Assembly (NCBI RefSeq): GCF_006345805.1 | Contig: NC_043000.1 | Coordinates: forward strand, 92,752,001 to 92,816,000 | Source: Octopus sinensis | Taxonomy: Eukaryota | Direction of reading: 5' to 3' | DNA length: 64,000 nucleotides | Translations under genes and position numbers: made by a program | In this document: in pieces, positions 49,891-63,890 of the stretch | How the letters are laid out: each line of letters opens with the position of its first letter | How positions within the stretch are numbered: the stretch's first letter is position 1 | Notes under the pieces: generated by a model | What the model saw: only the letters and a program-made list of their open reading frames with translations | The model's database searches: none | Told to the model about the DNA's origin: nothing

Positions 49891-50136
49891 AGGAATGCTC
49901 AAAAGTCTCAAAATGGGTGGGTGCTCATAACTTGGTGCTCAAAAGTCCCGAAATGATTAAAACTCAAGTGTGATTTGAACGCATAAAATGGATTGAACGC
50001 CAAACACATCATGTCATTTCAGATTTAGTTTGATGGACTATTTATTGCACAAAAACATGACATTTCAAAATTTGTGTCTGTATGCATGTATATATATACA
50101 CACACATATACATGCATTCATATGTATGTATCTATG

Positions 50137-50178
<42 letters not shown>

Positions 50179-50190
50179 TATATATATATG

Positions 50191-50244
<54 letters not shown>

Positions 50245-50519
50245 ATATATAGGCGTATGTGTATGTATGCAATATTATTTTTTTAATAATTTAAAAAAAA
50301 TTTTACAGTAAATTTGATATTTTTCATGATTTGATAAGTCTCCTCCACTCACCCTGCCCCCATCCACGAAAAAAGTTAACTTTAGTCTTTGTTAAATTTT
50401 TGAGAAGGGAATTAACATAAAATAAAATAAAATCTCCCTCAAAAAATGAATAGCTATTTGTCCCAATTTCTGCTAATATTACATAAAAACTAAATTAAAT
50501 ATTAATAATAATAATAATG

Positions 50520-50581
<62 letters not shown>

Positions 50582-50999
50582 ATCCCAAAATGTATAAAAA
50601 CAAACATGAAATTATATAAACTTATTTATTAGGAAAATAAGGAAAAAAAATGTATATAAACCACAGCCAATAATAATGGAACCAAAAAAAAACAAGCAAA
50701 AAATGGTTATTTAATCAAACGGAACTGCTAAAATAAGTTATCTTTAGATTGAATTTGCTTGTACAGGACAAAACAACTGAATTCTGACAAGTGAGGAATT
50801 TCTTGACATCAAACTGAAACATCAAAATTCGACATACAAAAATAAAAGTTTTCATTTTTTGTGAGATTTTTTTTTTATTGAATATTTATTTAATTCTATA
50901 TTCAAATTTTATCAGGTTGTCTTATCTTTATTTAGTTAATATTTTTATTTGTACCTATTTATTTTTGCTTTTATTTTTAATTTCATTATATATACATAC

Positions 51000-51038
<39 letters not shown>

Positions 51039-51514
51039 TAAAACTAATATATAAATACATATGTGTATATACATACATACATACATACATACATACATAC
51101 ATACATACATACATACATACATACATACACACACACATATATGTATGTACTAATGTTACTGCTGACAAAATTTATCAAATCAATGAAGCGAATTGCAAAA
51201 AATGTGAATAGATAAATAAATAAGATATAAGAAAATAGTAAATGGATAATGAAAAAAAATTTGGCACATTTACTGCATAATTGTAGCAAAAAATTTACTG
51301 TTGCTATATACACATTTATTTATGTGTATCTGTATGCATATGCATGTATGTGTGTTATGCATACGTGAACTTTTTTATAATTTATATGTGTATTTGTGTA
51401 TGTGTATACATACATATATATATATATATATGGAAAGATAGATAGATATATTGATATTTATATATATATATATATATATGTATATACACATACACACACC
51501 ATATACATGGTATA

Positions 51515-52738
51515 CCACACTGAGTGAAAAGTCTTTTTTATATTTCTAGCTTTAATTAATACTTCAAATTCAAATAAATTATATATGCAAGGCATTTATT
51601 TGTCAAAACATACCCCATTGTATTCTATTGTCTGTTACAATCACTGTGTCTGAAGCTCAATTTCACACTTCACTTATATCATTTGGCTGCTTTAAATGCT
51701 AAAAACTCCCCACATCCATTTTCAAATTCATCCACATTGTTGAATCTCTATTCATGCAAGAAATGGGCCAAGGCTCTGAAAAGGTGGTAATCTGGTTGTG
51801 CAAGGTCTGGACTGTAAGCAGCTTGAGGCAGCGTGAGGCAGCGCTTCCATCATCTCAATTTCCTCAAATTTACACTTGGTCACATTGGCAGTGTATGCCA
51901 GGGCATTTTGTGTTTTGTAGAACTCTGCATTTTAGATTGACCAATGCCAAGTAGCAAAGTTTCAAAACATCATATATTTTCTGTAGTTGCTGAGCATAAG
52001 GGTTAGCATTCAGAACATGACCAACTGGAATAAGCTCAAAGTACAACTTCCCCTTGAGATTCTGCAAATCACACAACATGACTTACTGTTTGACAACAGG
52101 CTCTCGGTGAGGTCTGGCCAGAACAGAGCCATAGATTTCTTTTATCAGGATTACAAAAATAAATCCATTTTTCATTCCCAGTTACAATTCAACTCCAAAA
52201 ACCGGCACCTCAAGGATTTGCAAGTAGTTGTTTGTAAATGTTCACACTTTGTTAAGCCTGGTAATTAGTCAGGTCATGAAAAGCTTCTTGACAGCATCTG
52301 TTCACAAGGCTGAGCTTATGGCAAAGTCAGTCAATGGTGCTTTGTGAATGACCAAGTTCTGCCAACAGTGTAAAAGTGCTTGTGCTTGGCTGTTGGTCAG
52401 CCATTTCAAGCAAGGCCACATCTTTCACAACAGAAGGTCTCCCTGACATTGGTTTATTTTCAAGTCTGGTGTGACCTTCCTTGAAACCGCTGAATCAGTT
52501 TTGTGTCACAGATTTGTTGACAGTTCTTGGGCCTTCAACGTCTTTCATTTCTTTTGCCACTGTCCTTGCACTCAGACCTTTTTGCCACTGGTTGCATGAA
52601 ATGGCTCTAATCACAATTTTTTCATCAGTCTTTATCAAAACTGTAAAATAAAGAGAGTCAAGACTATTGAAAAGGTTGCAAGACTCAATGAAAATTTTAG
52701 GAAAATAAAAATAAGTGGAAATTTTACCGCGAGTGTGT
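51515..52738 (-). mobile_element. degenerate mariner (DD34D-type) element, ~1.2 kb
   Basis: MLCDLQNLKGKLYFELIPVGHVLNANPYAQQLQKIYDVLK..ALVNLK resembles the mariner catalytic region; HTH-like WFSGFKEG..SGRP; weak TA-flanked TIRs. Confidence 0.6.
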
Positions 52739-52961
52739 TAAATTATAAGGCACAAAAAGAAAATGTCTCTCCCCAGATACAACAGAATATGCTTCAACTC
52801 ATGAACTCACATAAAGAATCTTGCAAACCAAATCCAAAAACGAAAAGAATAAACAATTCAGCAACAACTGGACAAGAAGGTGAATCATTTTAATTAGATA
52901 ACATGCAGATACATGTTGGCAAAGATCACCAGTGAAAATCATAAAAAAATTATAAACATAC

Positions 52962-53435
52962 AACATGGTTCTGGGTTCAGTCCCACTTTGTGGTACCTTG
53001 GACAAGTGTCTTCTACTATAGCCTCTGGATGACCAAAGCCTTGTGAGTGGATTTGGCAGACGGAAACTGAAAGAAGCCTATCATATGAAAAAGAAGCCTA
53101 TCATATTGAAAAGGTTGCAAGACTCAACGAAAATTTTAGGAAAATAAAAATAAGTGGAAATTTTACCGCGAGTGTGTTAAATTATAAGGCACAAAAAGAA
53201 AATGTCTCTCCCCAGATACAACATATGTATATATCTGTGTGTCTGTATTTGTCCCCCCATCATCACTTGACAACCGATGCTGGTGTGTTTACGTCCCTGT
53301 AACTTAATGGTTTGGCACAAGAGACCGATAGAATAAGTGTAAGGCTAGGGTTGATTTGTTTGACTAAAGGTGGTGCTCCAGCTTGGCTGCAGTCAAATGA
53401 CTGAAACAAATAAAGAAATAAACAAGTAAAAGAGT
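52962..53435 (+). mobile_element. SINE family A interrupted by a 120-bp local insertion
   Basis: Head 52962-53086; tail resumes at 53224. Confidence 0.8.
53104..53223 (+). repeat. 120-bp direct copy of 52665-52784
   Basis: One mismatch on direct comparison. Confidence 0.95.
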
Positions 53436-54980
53436 ATACCATAAAATATCAGGAGGTATATATTTAATTAAACACTTCAAAGTGGTTAATTAAATACATA
53501 CATCCTGATAATTTATGGTTTATTACTCCTCATGAAATAATTTCATCAATTTGAACTTCTGGATTCCGGCTTCATAGAACTCTGAATTATATTCTTCTAT
53601 ACTGGATTAGTATGTGGTATGATATCTGGGCCCATTAGAGGAGCTTACTGTGATAACCACATGATTCTATGAATCCATATATTGGACTACACATGCATGT
53701 GCGCACACACACACAAGCACACACTCTCACATCTTCTTTTATTCCTTTACTTGTTTCAATAATTGGACTGGAGCAAATCGCCCCTGATATTGAATTTTAG
53801 TTCAATACTTATTTTAACAGTCTCCCTTGCTGGGACTCTAAGTTATGGAGACATAAACACACCCACACCAGTTGTCAAGCAGTGATGAGTGGGACAAAGA
53901 CAGGCACAAAGTCACACATACATAGATATACACATATATATGTGTATATATATATATATATATAATTAAGAGAAATAATCTCCTATTAAGTAATTCAATT
54001 GATAGTGAAAGATATTATCTATATTAAATCATATAGAAAAAACTTTAAATATATAATAGATATTATTCTAAAAGTCACTAAATTAAATAAACATTAAATT
54101 GACTATGTGCGTTTTGTGACTATATCTTTCAATCGATACTATTAAAAATGATTTGATTTTAAAAATATAGCTGCTCTTCAGGTCTAAAATAAAATAAATG
54201 TAGAAATTGAATTTTTCCATGTAAGTTTGGAATTTTATATTCCCTACTATTATTATTAATAATACATATATATATATATATATAAACATATATATTTGTG
54301 TGTTTGTGTGTGCATACATATACATATATATGTATGCATATATATACATATATATATATATGAATATACATACATGCATATATACACATATGAATATATA
54401 AAAATATGTGCACATATGTATACATACATATACATGTACATGCTCATACACATTGCCACCCAGTTATACATATATATGTATAAAGATAGATAGATTTCAT
54501 TGGCACCAGTCCAAAGATAAATTTTAGGCTTTTTCCAAATTTTTATAATTTTCTTTTTCTGTTCATTCACCAAATTTATACCAAACAGAAAAATAAAAGC
54601 ATACAAAAAGTAAACAGTAGAAAAATTAAAAACAAAAAAAATGTCCTTGCCATGTCATAACACAGTCACCTTTCCTATCTGGATTTCTCAAGAATTTTTG
54701 CTGAGTTTAAGCCATGACTGTTAGGCATTTAAAAAAAAAGGCCATATCTCTAAGACGAACCAACTGAAGCATACAACAACATTAAGATCGGAAAGTTACA
54801 AATGGCACTTAGTGGGAAGGATCAAAAAGCCATAGCGATAGGTACTGCAGCTGCTATTTAACATGTGGAATCGAACTGTCAGAAATTATTTCTTTAAACA
54901 ATAGGAATGATGTCTTGTGGATTTATCATGAAAAATTATAAATATATGTATACATATATATATATATGTATAAATATATA

Positions 54981-55061
<81 letters not shown>

Positions 55062-55551
55062 GGCAAATGAAAGATATAAGATGTATATATGCATATATAT
55101 ATATATATGCATCTATATATATATATATATACATGTATATATGTATATATATATATATATGTGTGTGTGTATATGTGTGTACATATGTACATATATGTGT
55201 GTGTGTGTATATATATATATATACGCATATATTATGCATACATATGAATATACATATGTATACATATATACATATATATAGTGTTCTACATATATATAAT
55301 TGTGTTTATGTAATTAGTTCATATGTGTGTGTATGTATATATGTGTGTGTATAAATAGATAAAAACACTCATACACTCACACTCCTACAAAAGGACGCAT
55401 ACATACAAATATGTACACACAGCCCACACACAATTATATGGCATTTGTCTGCATGAGTAAATGTTTTCCTCTGTTACCAGAAATTAGTCTTACTTATTGC
55501 ACACTCTTGTACATGCTTCTCAGTTTACATGCTTCTATTATATATGTATAT

Positions 55552-55655
<104 letters not shown>

Positions 55656-55757
55656 CAAGCAGATAGATAGATAGATAGACAAGCAGACAGATAGACAGAC
55701 AGACGGATAGATACATACATATCTTCATACATACATACATACATATACATACATATA

Positions 55758-55804
<47 letters not shown>

Positions 55805-55807
55805 TAT

Positions 55808-56480
55808 GTGCAGGAGTGGCTGTATGGGAAGTAGCTTGCTTGCCAACCACATGGTTCTGGGTTCATTCCCACTGTGTGGCAACTTGGGCAAGTGTCTTCT
55901 ACTATAGCCTTGGGCCGACCAAATCCTTGTTAGAGGATTTGGTAGATGGAAACTGAAAGAAGCCTATCGTATATATGTATATATATATATATGTATGTGT
56001 GTGTATCTGTTTGTGTGTCTGTGTTTGCCCCCCCCCCCCCCGTGCAACATTGCTTGACCACCGTAGAGCTGAAGATTGCTCTACCTTTTAAAATTGATGT
56101 AATATTTGCATTGTTCAATCAAATAGAGCCACATGAAACAATCGTACTGCATTACCTCTGGATATCCTTGTTGCTTATTTTGATTTGATAGATAGATAGA
56201 TAGGTAGATAGATAGATAGATAGATAGGCAGATAAACAGATAGATATGAGTGTGTCTAGTTTTTGTACTAGTATTTCTCTCCCACCACTCTGTGGTCAAA
56301 AGGTGATGGTTTGTTTACATCCCTGTAACTTAGTAGCTCAGCGAATTAGAGACCAATAGAATAAGAACCAGACTTTAAAAAATAAATATTGGATCAATTT
56401 GTTTGATTATAGCCTTCAACTCAGTGCCTTAGCATTGCTACAGTCCAATAACTCGAACAGATAAAGCATAAAAGATAAAA
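55808..56480 (+). mobile_element. SINE family A split by a ~220-bp insertion
   Basis: Head to 56062; diverged tail 56290-56480. Confidence 0.65.
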
Positions 56481-57091
56481 TGCCTTTGTTTACCTTAAAC
56501 ACTTCACCCTGAATATATTTCTTGTGACATTTATTTCTGAAGCCATTACTCTTACCAAAAGCCAACTCCACTAGAATAGATAGTGGATTGGAAACTCAGC
56601 AATTCTATTCTACAGCTATTGCATCATAGTACACTCCAGGAACAACAAGATATCTTCTTTCATTAAAACATACCAAGCTTAAACAATTCTCTTTGCTGTC
56701 ATTTAGTCAAACTGAAAAATACTTAAGTGTTAGACATAGACAACTATTCATTATGATAACATATCCAGTGGAATGGTATTTGTTCATTATATTTGTTAAA
56801 TTGTGTGCTGCAAGTGTATATATGTGTATGTATATGTAAACTGTGTAAAGGTATATGTATGCATATATACATACATATATATATATGTGTGCATGTGTAT
56901 ATACATATACATACATATGTATATATATGTATATATATATATATATGTGTGTGTATGTATATATATTAGATATATAATATATACATATATATTATATATA
57001 ATATATATATACATATATATTATGTATTATAGTATATATACCTTATATATGTGTCTGTATATACATACACATATATATACATATACATACA

Positions 57092-57136
<45 letters not shown>

Positions 57137-58210
57137 CCATACAAGCACACACATGTGTATGCATATACATACATGAACATATATATACATAGATATATAC
57201 GTACAGAGACACACACACACACACATACACACATATATTTAAAGGGGGGGAGAGATACAAGCACACACACGTATGTATGTATGTATATGCGTGTACATAT
57301 GTACACGCATATGTGTGTGTGTGCATTTAGCATTTTGAATAACGAACATGTTTGAATGTTTTAGCAAATTGTTTGGTCAAATGTAAATAAGTATTGAGCG
57401 TTGTTCTGAACACTTCTTAAAGCTTGTAAATATAATAAAAAAATAAAAAAGACATAAATGAATAAACAATCACTTAATGGGTGGCATGTTCTTGCTGACA
57501 TGCAAGGAAAAAAATATCCTAAATAAATAAATTTTTAAAAAACTGAAAAAAAAAAAATTAAAAACACAATGCTTGAAGATAATATGTAGCTATCTGTCTT
57601 TCCGTGTGTCTTTCGTGTATGATTAATGTTTGATAAACAAGTTGTAAATACACACACAGATATATTGACACAGGCACATATACACATACATATACACATA
57701 CATATACACTCACATCCATGCATACTGTTCATTCATAGACAAATAATATAGTATAACAGAAACACACAAAAAAAACAACAAAAACCATGATGACCTCATA
57801 ATTGTGTCAATGGTTATTCATAAACATCAGGAAGGGGTTCACATTTGCACCTGTTCAACCTTTCAGTTTGATATATGCCTCTGGTACTAAATATAAATGG
57901 CCAATATTGGAGTTGGGATGCTGTTTGTTACCATCTGTATGCATTTACCTGGCTTGCTTTGAGTTATATTTCATGCCTCAACCATTTACCATTTAAACCA
58001 GTCATAACTGACCCAAATATCCTACCTGTTGTATGTTCAAACTAGCCAGATCTAGACTCTCACACCTACCCTATAATGTAATTCTGAAAATAAACAATCT
58101 CATCATTCAAATCTCAAAGCAAGGATATAATGCTCGATTAATTTGAAACAATGTGAAGAAATAAATATTACATTTGACAGAGTAGTATGAATGCTAAAAT
58201 GTTAATCAAT

Positions 58211-58382
58211 GGGTGCAGGAGTGGCCGTGTGGTAAGTAGCTTGCTTACCAACCACATGGTTCTGAGTTCAGTCCCACTGCATGGCACCTTGGGCAAGTGT
58301 CTTCTACTATAGAATCAGGCCAACCAAAGCCTTGTGAGTGGATTTGGTAGATGGAAACTAAAAGAAGCCCATCGTGTATATG

Positions 58383-58413
<31 letters not shown>

Positions 58414-58643
58414 ATATATGTTGTGTGTCTGTGTTTGCCCCCCCCCCCCAACATCGCCTGACAACTGATGCTGGTGTGTTTATGTCTCTGTAACTTAGCA
58501 GTTCAGCAAAAGAGACCAATAGAATAAGTACTAGGCTTACAAAGAATTAGGCCTGGGGTCAATTTCACTCAACTAAAGGTGGTGCTCCAACATGGCTGCA
58601 GTCAAATGACTGAAACAAGTAAAAGAATAAAAGAATAAAAGAA
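58211..58643 (+). mobile_element. SINE family A, full length
   Basis: Complete copy. Confidence 0.85.
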
Positions 58644-60076
58644 TGTTGAAAAGTGATACCAATGATTTTATTCATGCAGAATCTCAAAGAATGTTTGAAG
58701 GAAAGGAATGTAAGGAACCACAAATTGTGGGTGAATGGTGATAATAAGTAATAGCACAATCCAGACATTACGTTATTTATTCTTCAACCTGATATTTGGT
58801 CACAATGCTTCTAACACTACAGAATAAGCTAAATGCAAAAATAAGGGATGAGCTAGTTGTGTTAAACCAGATTACAGATTAAACTCTACCACAAAGTAAC
58901 CCTTGAAGATTTTTACATTTTTAATGCTTTATTATTCCCACATGTAAAAATAAAAAAAACACAAAAAACATTAATAATAACAAAATTTGTTGTTTAAAGC
59001 TTGTCTAGGATTAGGGTGGCATTTCTACCACCCATTTTCAGACAAGACAATGAGACATTATTCTATTTGCTCATGTGCATTAACATAACTTTCTAGTATG
59101 TAAGACACTTTCATACCTAATTAAGTAATAACCAACATAACATTATAGTAAAACATGCTCCAGTGCTTGCAATGCAAGCAACCATAGGCGTAAATTGATA
59201 TATATGTATTCATGTGAGTATGTGTGTATGCGTTTGTGTGCATGTGTAAAATGAATACATCTGTGCATGTCTGTATGCATATGCGTATGTGCCTGTGAGT
59301 GTGTAAAATGAATGCATTTGTGCATGTATATGTTCATGTGTGTGTAAAATGAATGCATTTGTGTATGTATGTATGTGTATGTGCATATATGTCAGTGTGT
59401 GGGTGTATGTATCTGGATGTATATGTGCATGTGTCTGGACATGTGCATGTTTGTGTCAGTGTGTCAGTGTGTCCATATACACAGTATATTATTGGGCACA
59501 GCATGGACAAATGGTTAAGAATTGTGCTTCTAAATAATGAGGTCTTAAGCTCAATCCTATGCTATGGCATCTTGGGTAAGTAGGATTTTGTTGTAGCATC
59601 AAATTAGATAAACAAAATTTGTCTTAACTCATGACTGCCATGAATTTGGAGTCCAGTGTTTAAGGGAAGTTCTTGTTGACCATTCCTCAGAACAATCCAA
59701 ACTTTGGGTATGAATTTGAGCAAACTAAAAGGTTGTATTCTGTTACAAAAATGTTGCTTTGCTCTTTTGATATATTCCTTTAATTCAACATTGAGCTAAC
59801 AGCCTTCCAGCAACTGGTAGTGAAGGACTCTTAGTCTTCATGTAGATATCTCTATAGGAGAAGAAAAACTCTGCTGTAACATCTGCAACTGTGTTTGTAT
59901 CCAATGATGTTGACCAATGGTTCTGAAATAGGGTCCACATGCTTGGATGTTCATATAGAATTTTGTTAAAATTTATATATGCACATGTGTGTGTGTGTGT
60001 GTGTATAAAGTGAGGTGGGGGCAGCTATGTGCAGAATTGAGAAAGCAGCTAAAAAAATCTCCTGATGGTTATGGAT

Positions 60077-60119
<43 letters not shown>

Positions 60120-60399
60120 AACCAAGAAAAAATGGGCAGTAATTTGGCCACCACTGCCAACAGACCAAAGGATGGATGCTGCAGTTCAGGGTCAAAACAA
60201 CCAACTTCCTGCATTTATTATATTTATGTTTATTTTCAATGTGTTGTTTTCCTCTCTTCATCTTATCTACATTGCTACCATTTCACAACCTCTTTCCATC
60301 TCACAGCTAATACTTTTAATTTTCAATTCAAAGTAATAGTAATTTTTCTTAATCTTCCTCTGATCTGGATATTGTTTATCCAGATATTTTTAAATTGTA

Positions 60400-60960
60400 A
60401 AATCATAGTACCAAGGACATTTTCTTTTCTTTTACCAGCTGGATTTGAAGGAAGGAAGATAACCCGTGATCTTTGTAACCTCTCCAAAACTGGTGAACTT
60501 GAAGGTATTAATGTTGCTTTAGAACTGTTGAAAGTCAATACCTTCATGTAAGACATAAGCAGGAGGACAATTCCTAAAGGTTGATGTCATAGGGAAGTAA
60601 GGACCGGACATAGAGGTAAGTGCACAGATGGGGAGAGGAAAAGACGAAACAAGGATGCAAGAGGTTGAGGGGGAGTAGTCAGGTTGCTAGAGTGAAAGGG
60701 GTACAAGGCCAGCCATCTCTGATGAACAGCAACAATTAAAATAGTGATAGAAACATCATAAAGCAAAGACAGCACACTTGTGGGCAAAAGGTGGAGATAA
60801 AGTAGGGAGCACACCTATGAAGAATACCTGTTAGAGATTGAATGCAAATCAGTCAGATGGCCCTTCTCTGGATTCTATCCAGTATTAGTGGCAGTAGTAG
60901 CAGCCATAGCAGAAGTAATAGTAGCACTGTCCTAGTTAAAGGGCACCACTCCATTGTGAG
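60400..60960 (-). mobile_element. degenerate 3' end of an APE-type LINE (L2/CR1-like group)
   Basis: Minus-strand translation LDRIQRRAI*LI... and ..GIDFQQF*SNIN resembles a post-RT C-terminus. Confidence 0.4.
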
Positions 60961-61227
60961 ACAGAATAGCACTTTCTAAAGCATGAATAGTTGTTAAAGG
61001 CTAAAATATTTTTTTAGTCTTGAGGAGAAAACAAACATAACAAAAAGGTTAGTCATATTTTTTTAAGTGATGCATACTAAATAATCGGTTGAACCCCTTA
61101 ACTATCCCAGAAGCAGGAAGATTAAAATAAAAATTGATATATTTACATAAAATATACCCATCTTTCCAGAAGACTCAGTCTTAAATACCTGATACAAGAA
61201 ACAGATGATTTCATCAAAAGGATTTGA

Positions 61228-61628
61228 GGAGTGGCTGTGTGGTAAGTAGCTTGCTTACAAACCACATGGTTCTAGGTTCAGTCCCACTGTGTGGCACCTT
61301 GGGCAAGTGTCTTCTACTATAGCCTCGGGCCGACCAAAGCCTTGTGAGTGGATTTGGTAGACAGGAACTGAAAGAAGCCCGTCGTATATATGTATATATA
61401 TATGTGTGTGTGTGTGTATATGCTTGTGTGCTTAATTTGTCCCCCCAACATCCTTTGACAACCGATGCTAGTGTGTTTGCGACCCTGTAACTTAGAGGTT
61501 AAGCAAAAGAGACTGATAGAGTAAGTACTAGGCTTACAAGGAATAAGTCCTGGGGTCGATTTGCTCGACTAAAGGCGGTGCTTCAGCATGCCCACAGTCA
61601 AATGACTGAAACAAGTAAAAGAGAGAGT
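61228..61628 (+). mobile_element. SINE family A, full length
   Basis: Complete, well-preserved copy. Confidence 0.85.
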
Positions 61629-61920
61629 CTAAATGGATTTAAGTTTAAAGGTTCACCACAAAACAATTTTACAGGATCTACAAAAATGTCTATAAATCAC
61701 TAGACTCCAAATTCAAGGAAATTGTGAATTAAGATAAATTTTGCATGGAATTGGCCAGAACACATACCATAATTTTGCTTGCAGTGGAAACTCCAGCAAA
61801 TATAACAATACAAAAACAAACTTTGAATGCCCATATTGACATAGATCTCCTCTTACCTATATCTTTTTCTTTTGCACACAAAAACCACAAACTGAACTTA
61901 TATAAAATACATTAAAATCT

Positions 61921-62160
61921 AACCTTGGTATTATTGGCAAGAACATTCAAGATAAAATCAGATTCAAATTGAGACATGTTTTACCTATGCCTTTATGGAA
62001 AAACTGCTTTAGCATGATAAAATGTTCCACGTCCATATGAAATAAGAACTCTACTAGATTCCAGCAGTTTGATATGAAAAATTATAAGGCTTCCATAACC
62101 AAAACCACCATCAAGAAAGCAGTCAGCTTTGAAAGGAAAATTGCAGCCTTCATTGATAGA
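61921..62160 (+). pseudogene. Penelope-like reverse transcriptase remnant
   Basis: NLGIIGKNIQDKI...LWKN..I*NKNS.RFQQFDMKNYKASITKTTIKKAVSF resembles the Penelope/Poseidon RT region (FDI..FYPSIT); one stop. Confidence 0.5.
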
Positions 62161-62829
62161 AATAGATATTGTTCTTCATGTACTAAAAAACATTAAGTCT
62201 ACTATGATAACTATGTTTGGATTAGTCAAATTATCGACACTTTTATGATGTCAAGATGGAGACAAATGACTCACTGGAGTTTAGTTACATCATCATTTGT
62301 TATCTTATCTGGTACATAACTTAAGAAATTACTTCACAAGAATTGATGGGGATGATGATCATCTGATACTACAATCCAGAAACTGTAATCCACAAATAAC
62401 TGATACATCTATGAAAACTTTGAACTTATATTTTTTCTAAAATTATAAATTACTCATTACTGGGGACTCAAATCTTATCGAACCCTTTTGGATGTTACCC
62501 TAAATTTAAATACTTTTTGGAAACAGGTGAGGATTGATGACAGGAAGGGCATCCAGCCCTAGAGTATTTGCTTTAGTAACTCCATCCAACCCATGCAAGC
62601 ATGGAAAAGTGAACATTAAAATGATGATGGTAAGGTGGGAACTGATTCTTTGTCCCACAATTTCTTATGCTATGTTTAATTATAATAACACTACCTCTAA
62701 AACCCTAACTAGTAACTTAGTTCAAAGCATTTACCTCAAAATCTCATAATGATTAATTAAAGGACAAGTATTTAAACACTCTTCACACTGCTATAATGAT
62801 CCCTTATATAAAGGTGTCTTTGAGGATAA

Positions 62830-63844
62830 GTTAACATATATCGATATAAAAATATAGAGAGAAATAAGGAACAAAAAAGAATGTAAAAAATAGAGAAAAA
62901 AAGAAAAAAGGAAAGAGGAAGAAAGAGAAAAAAAGCAGTGAGAGAAAGAGAGAACAAAATATCATGGCAAAGAGAAAGAAAATAGGAAGGAAAGAGAATG
63001 AATGAATGAGAGAAGAGAATGAAATAAAGTAAAAGAAAAGGAAAAGAGGCTTGAAAAAGGAAGGAATAGAATGGAAAAGAGAAAAGTGAGAGAAGGAAAA
63101 GAAAAAGTAGGGAGAATAAAATGGAGAAACAGAGAAGGAAAAAAAGAAATAGAGAGAGAATGAGAAACAGGAACAGGAGAGAATGAAAGAATAAGTTAGA
63201 AGGAGAGAGAGAGAGAGAGAGAGAGAGATGAAGAGGGAAAGTGTGTGAAAGGTACAGAAACGGAGAAGCAGAGAAAGAGAGACTGAGTGAGAGAGAAAGA
63301 TACAGGGAAAAAGAAAATGTGTGAGAAAGAAGGGGAGAGAGAGGAACAGAGAGGAGAGAGAAAAACAGAGAGAGAGAGAGAAAAACAGAGAGAGCGAGAA
63401 AAACATAGAGAAAAAACAGAGAGGGAAAGAGAAACAGAGAGAAAAAGGGACAAACTCAGAGAGAGAGAGAAAGATAGTAATAGAGAGGAGACAAAAACAG
63501 AGAAAGAGAAAAACATAGACAGAAAGAGAGAGAAAAAGTGATGAACTCAGAGTGAGAGAGAGAGAGAGAGAGAAACAGAGAGAAATAGAAAGAGAGAGAA
63601 TCAGAAAGACATACAGAGAGAAACAGAGAGAGAAAGAAGCAGAGAGAGAGAGAGAGAGACATAGACAGAGAGAGCATTGTCCCTGTTATTCTTAAAACCT
63701 TGGTCTATCATTTTATCTCATGCAGCCCAAGTTTGTGTTAATCTTCTCAGTTGTCTGGTCAGAAGACCCCTAATTTTCACAAACCCCTGTGGAGTGTCTA
63801 TACAAGCAGAGAGGTGAATGTTGCAAAGCAAGGTGGATGTTGAG

Positions 63845-63890
<46 letters not shown>

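Noticed and set aside
4122-52630. Other CTGANGA/TCNTCAG hits (about 4134, 5483, 15963, 19357, 23550, 38005, 42307, 47687, 52623)
   Set aside because: No helix II followed by GAAA and helix III; chance matches.
54754-54841. Protein-like frame DEPTEAYNNIKIGKLQMALSGKDQKAIAI ending at g|gtactg
   Set aside because: No polypyrimidine tract at the acceptor, and not recognised.
62831-63677. F/S/L-rich and R/E/K-rich ORFs up to 191 aa
   Set aside because: GA-rich low-complexity sequence.
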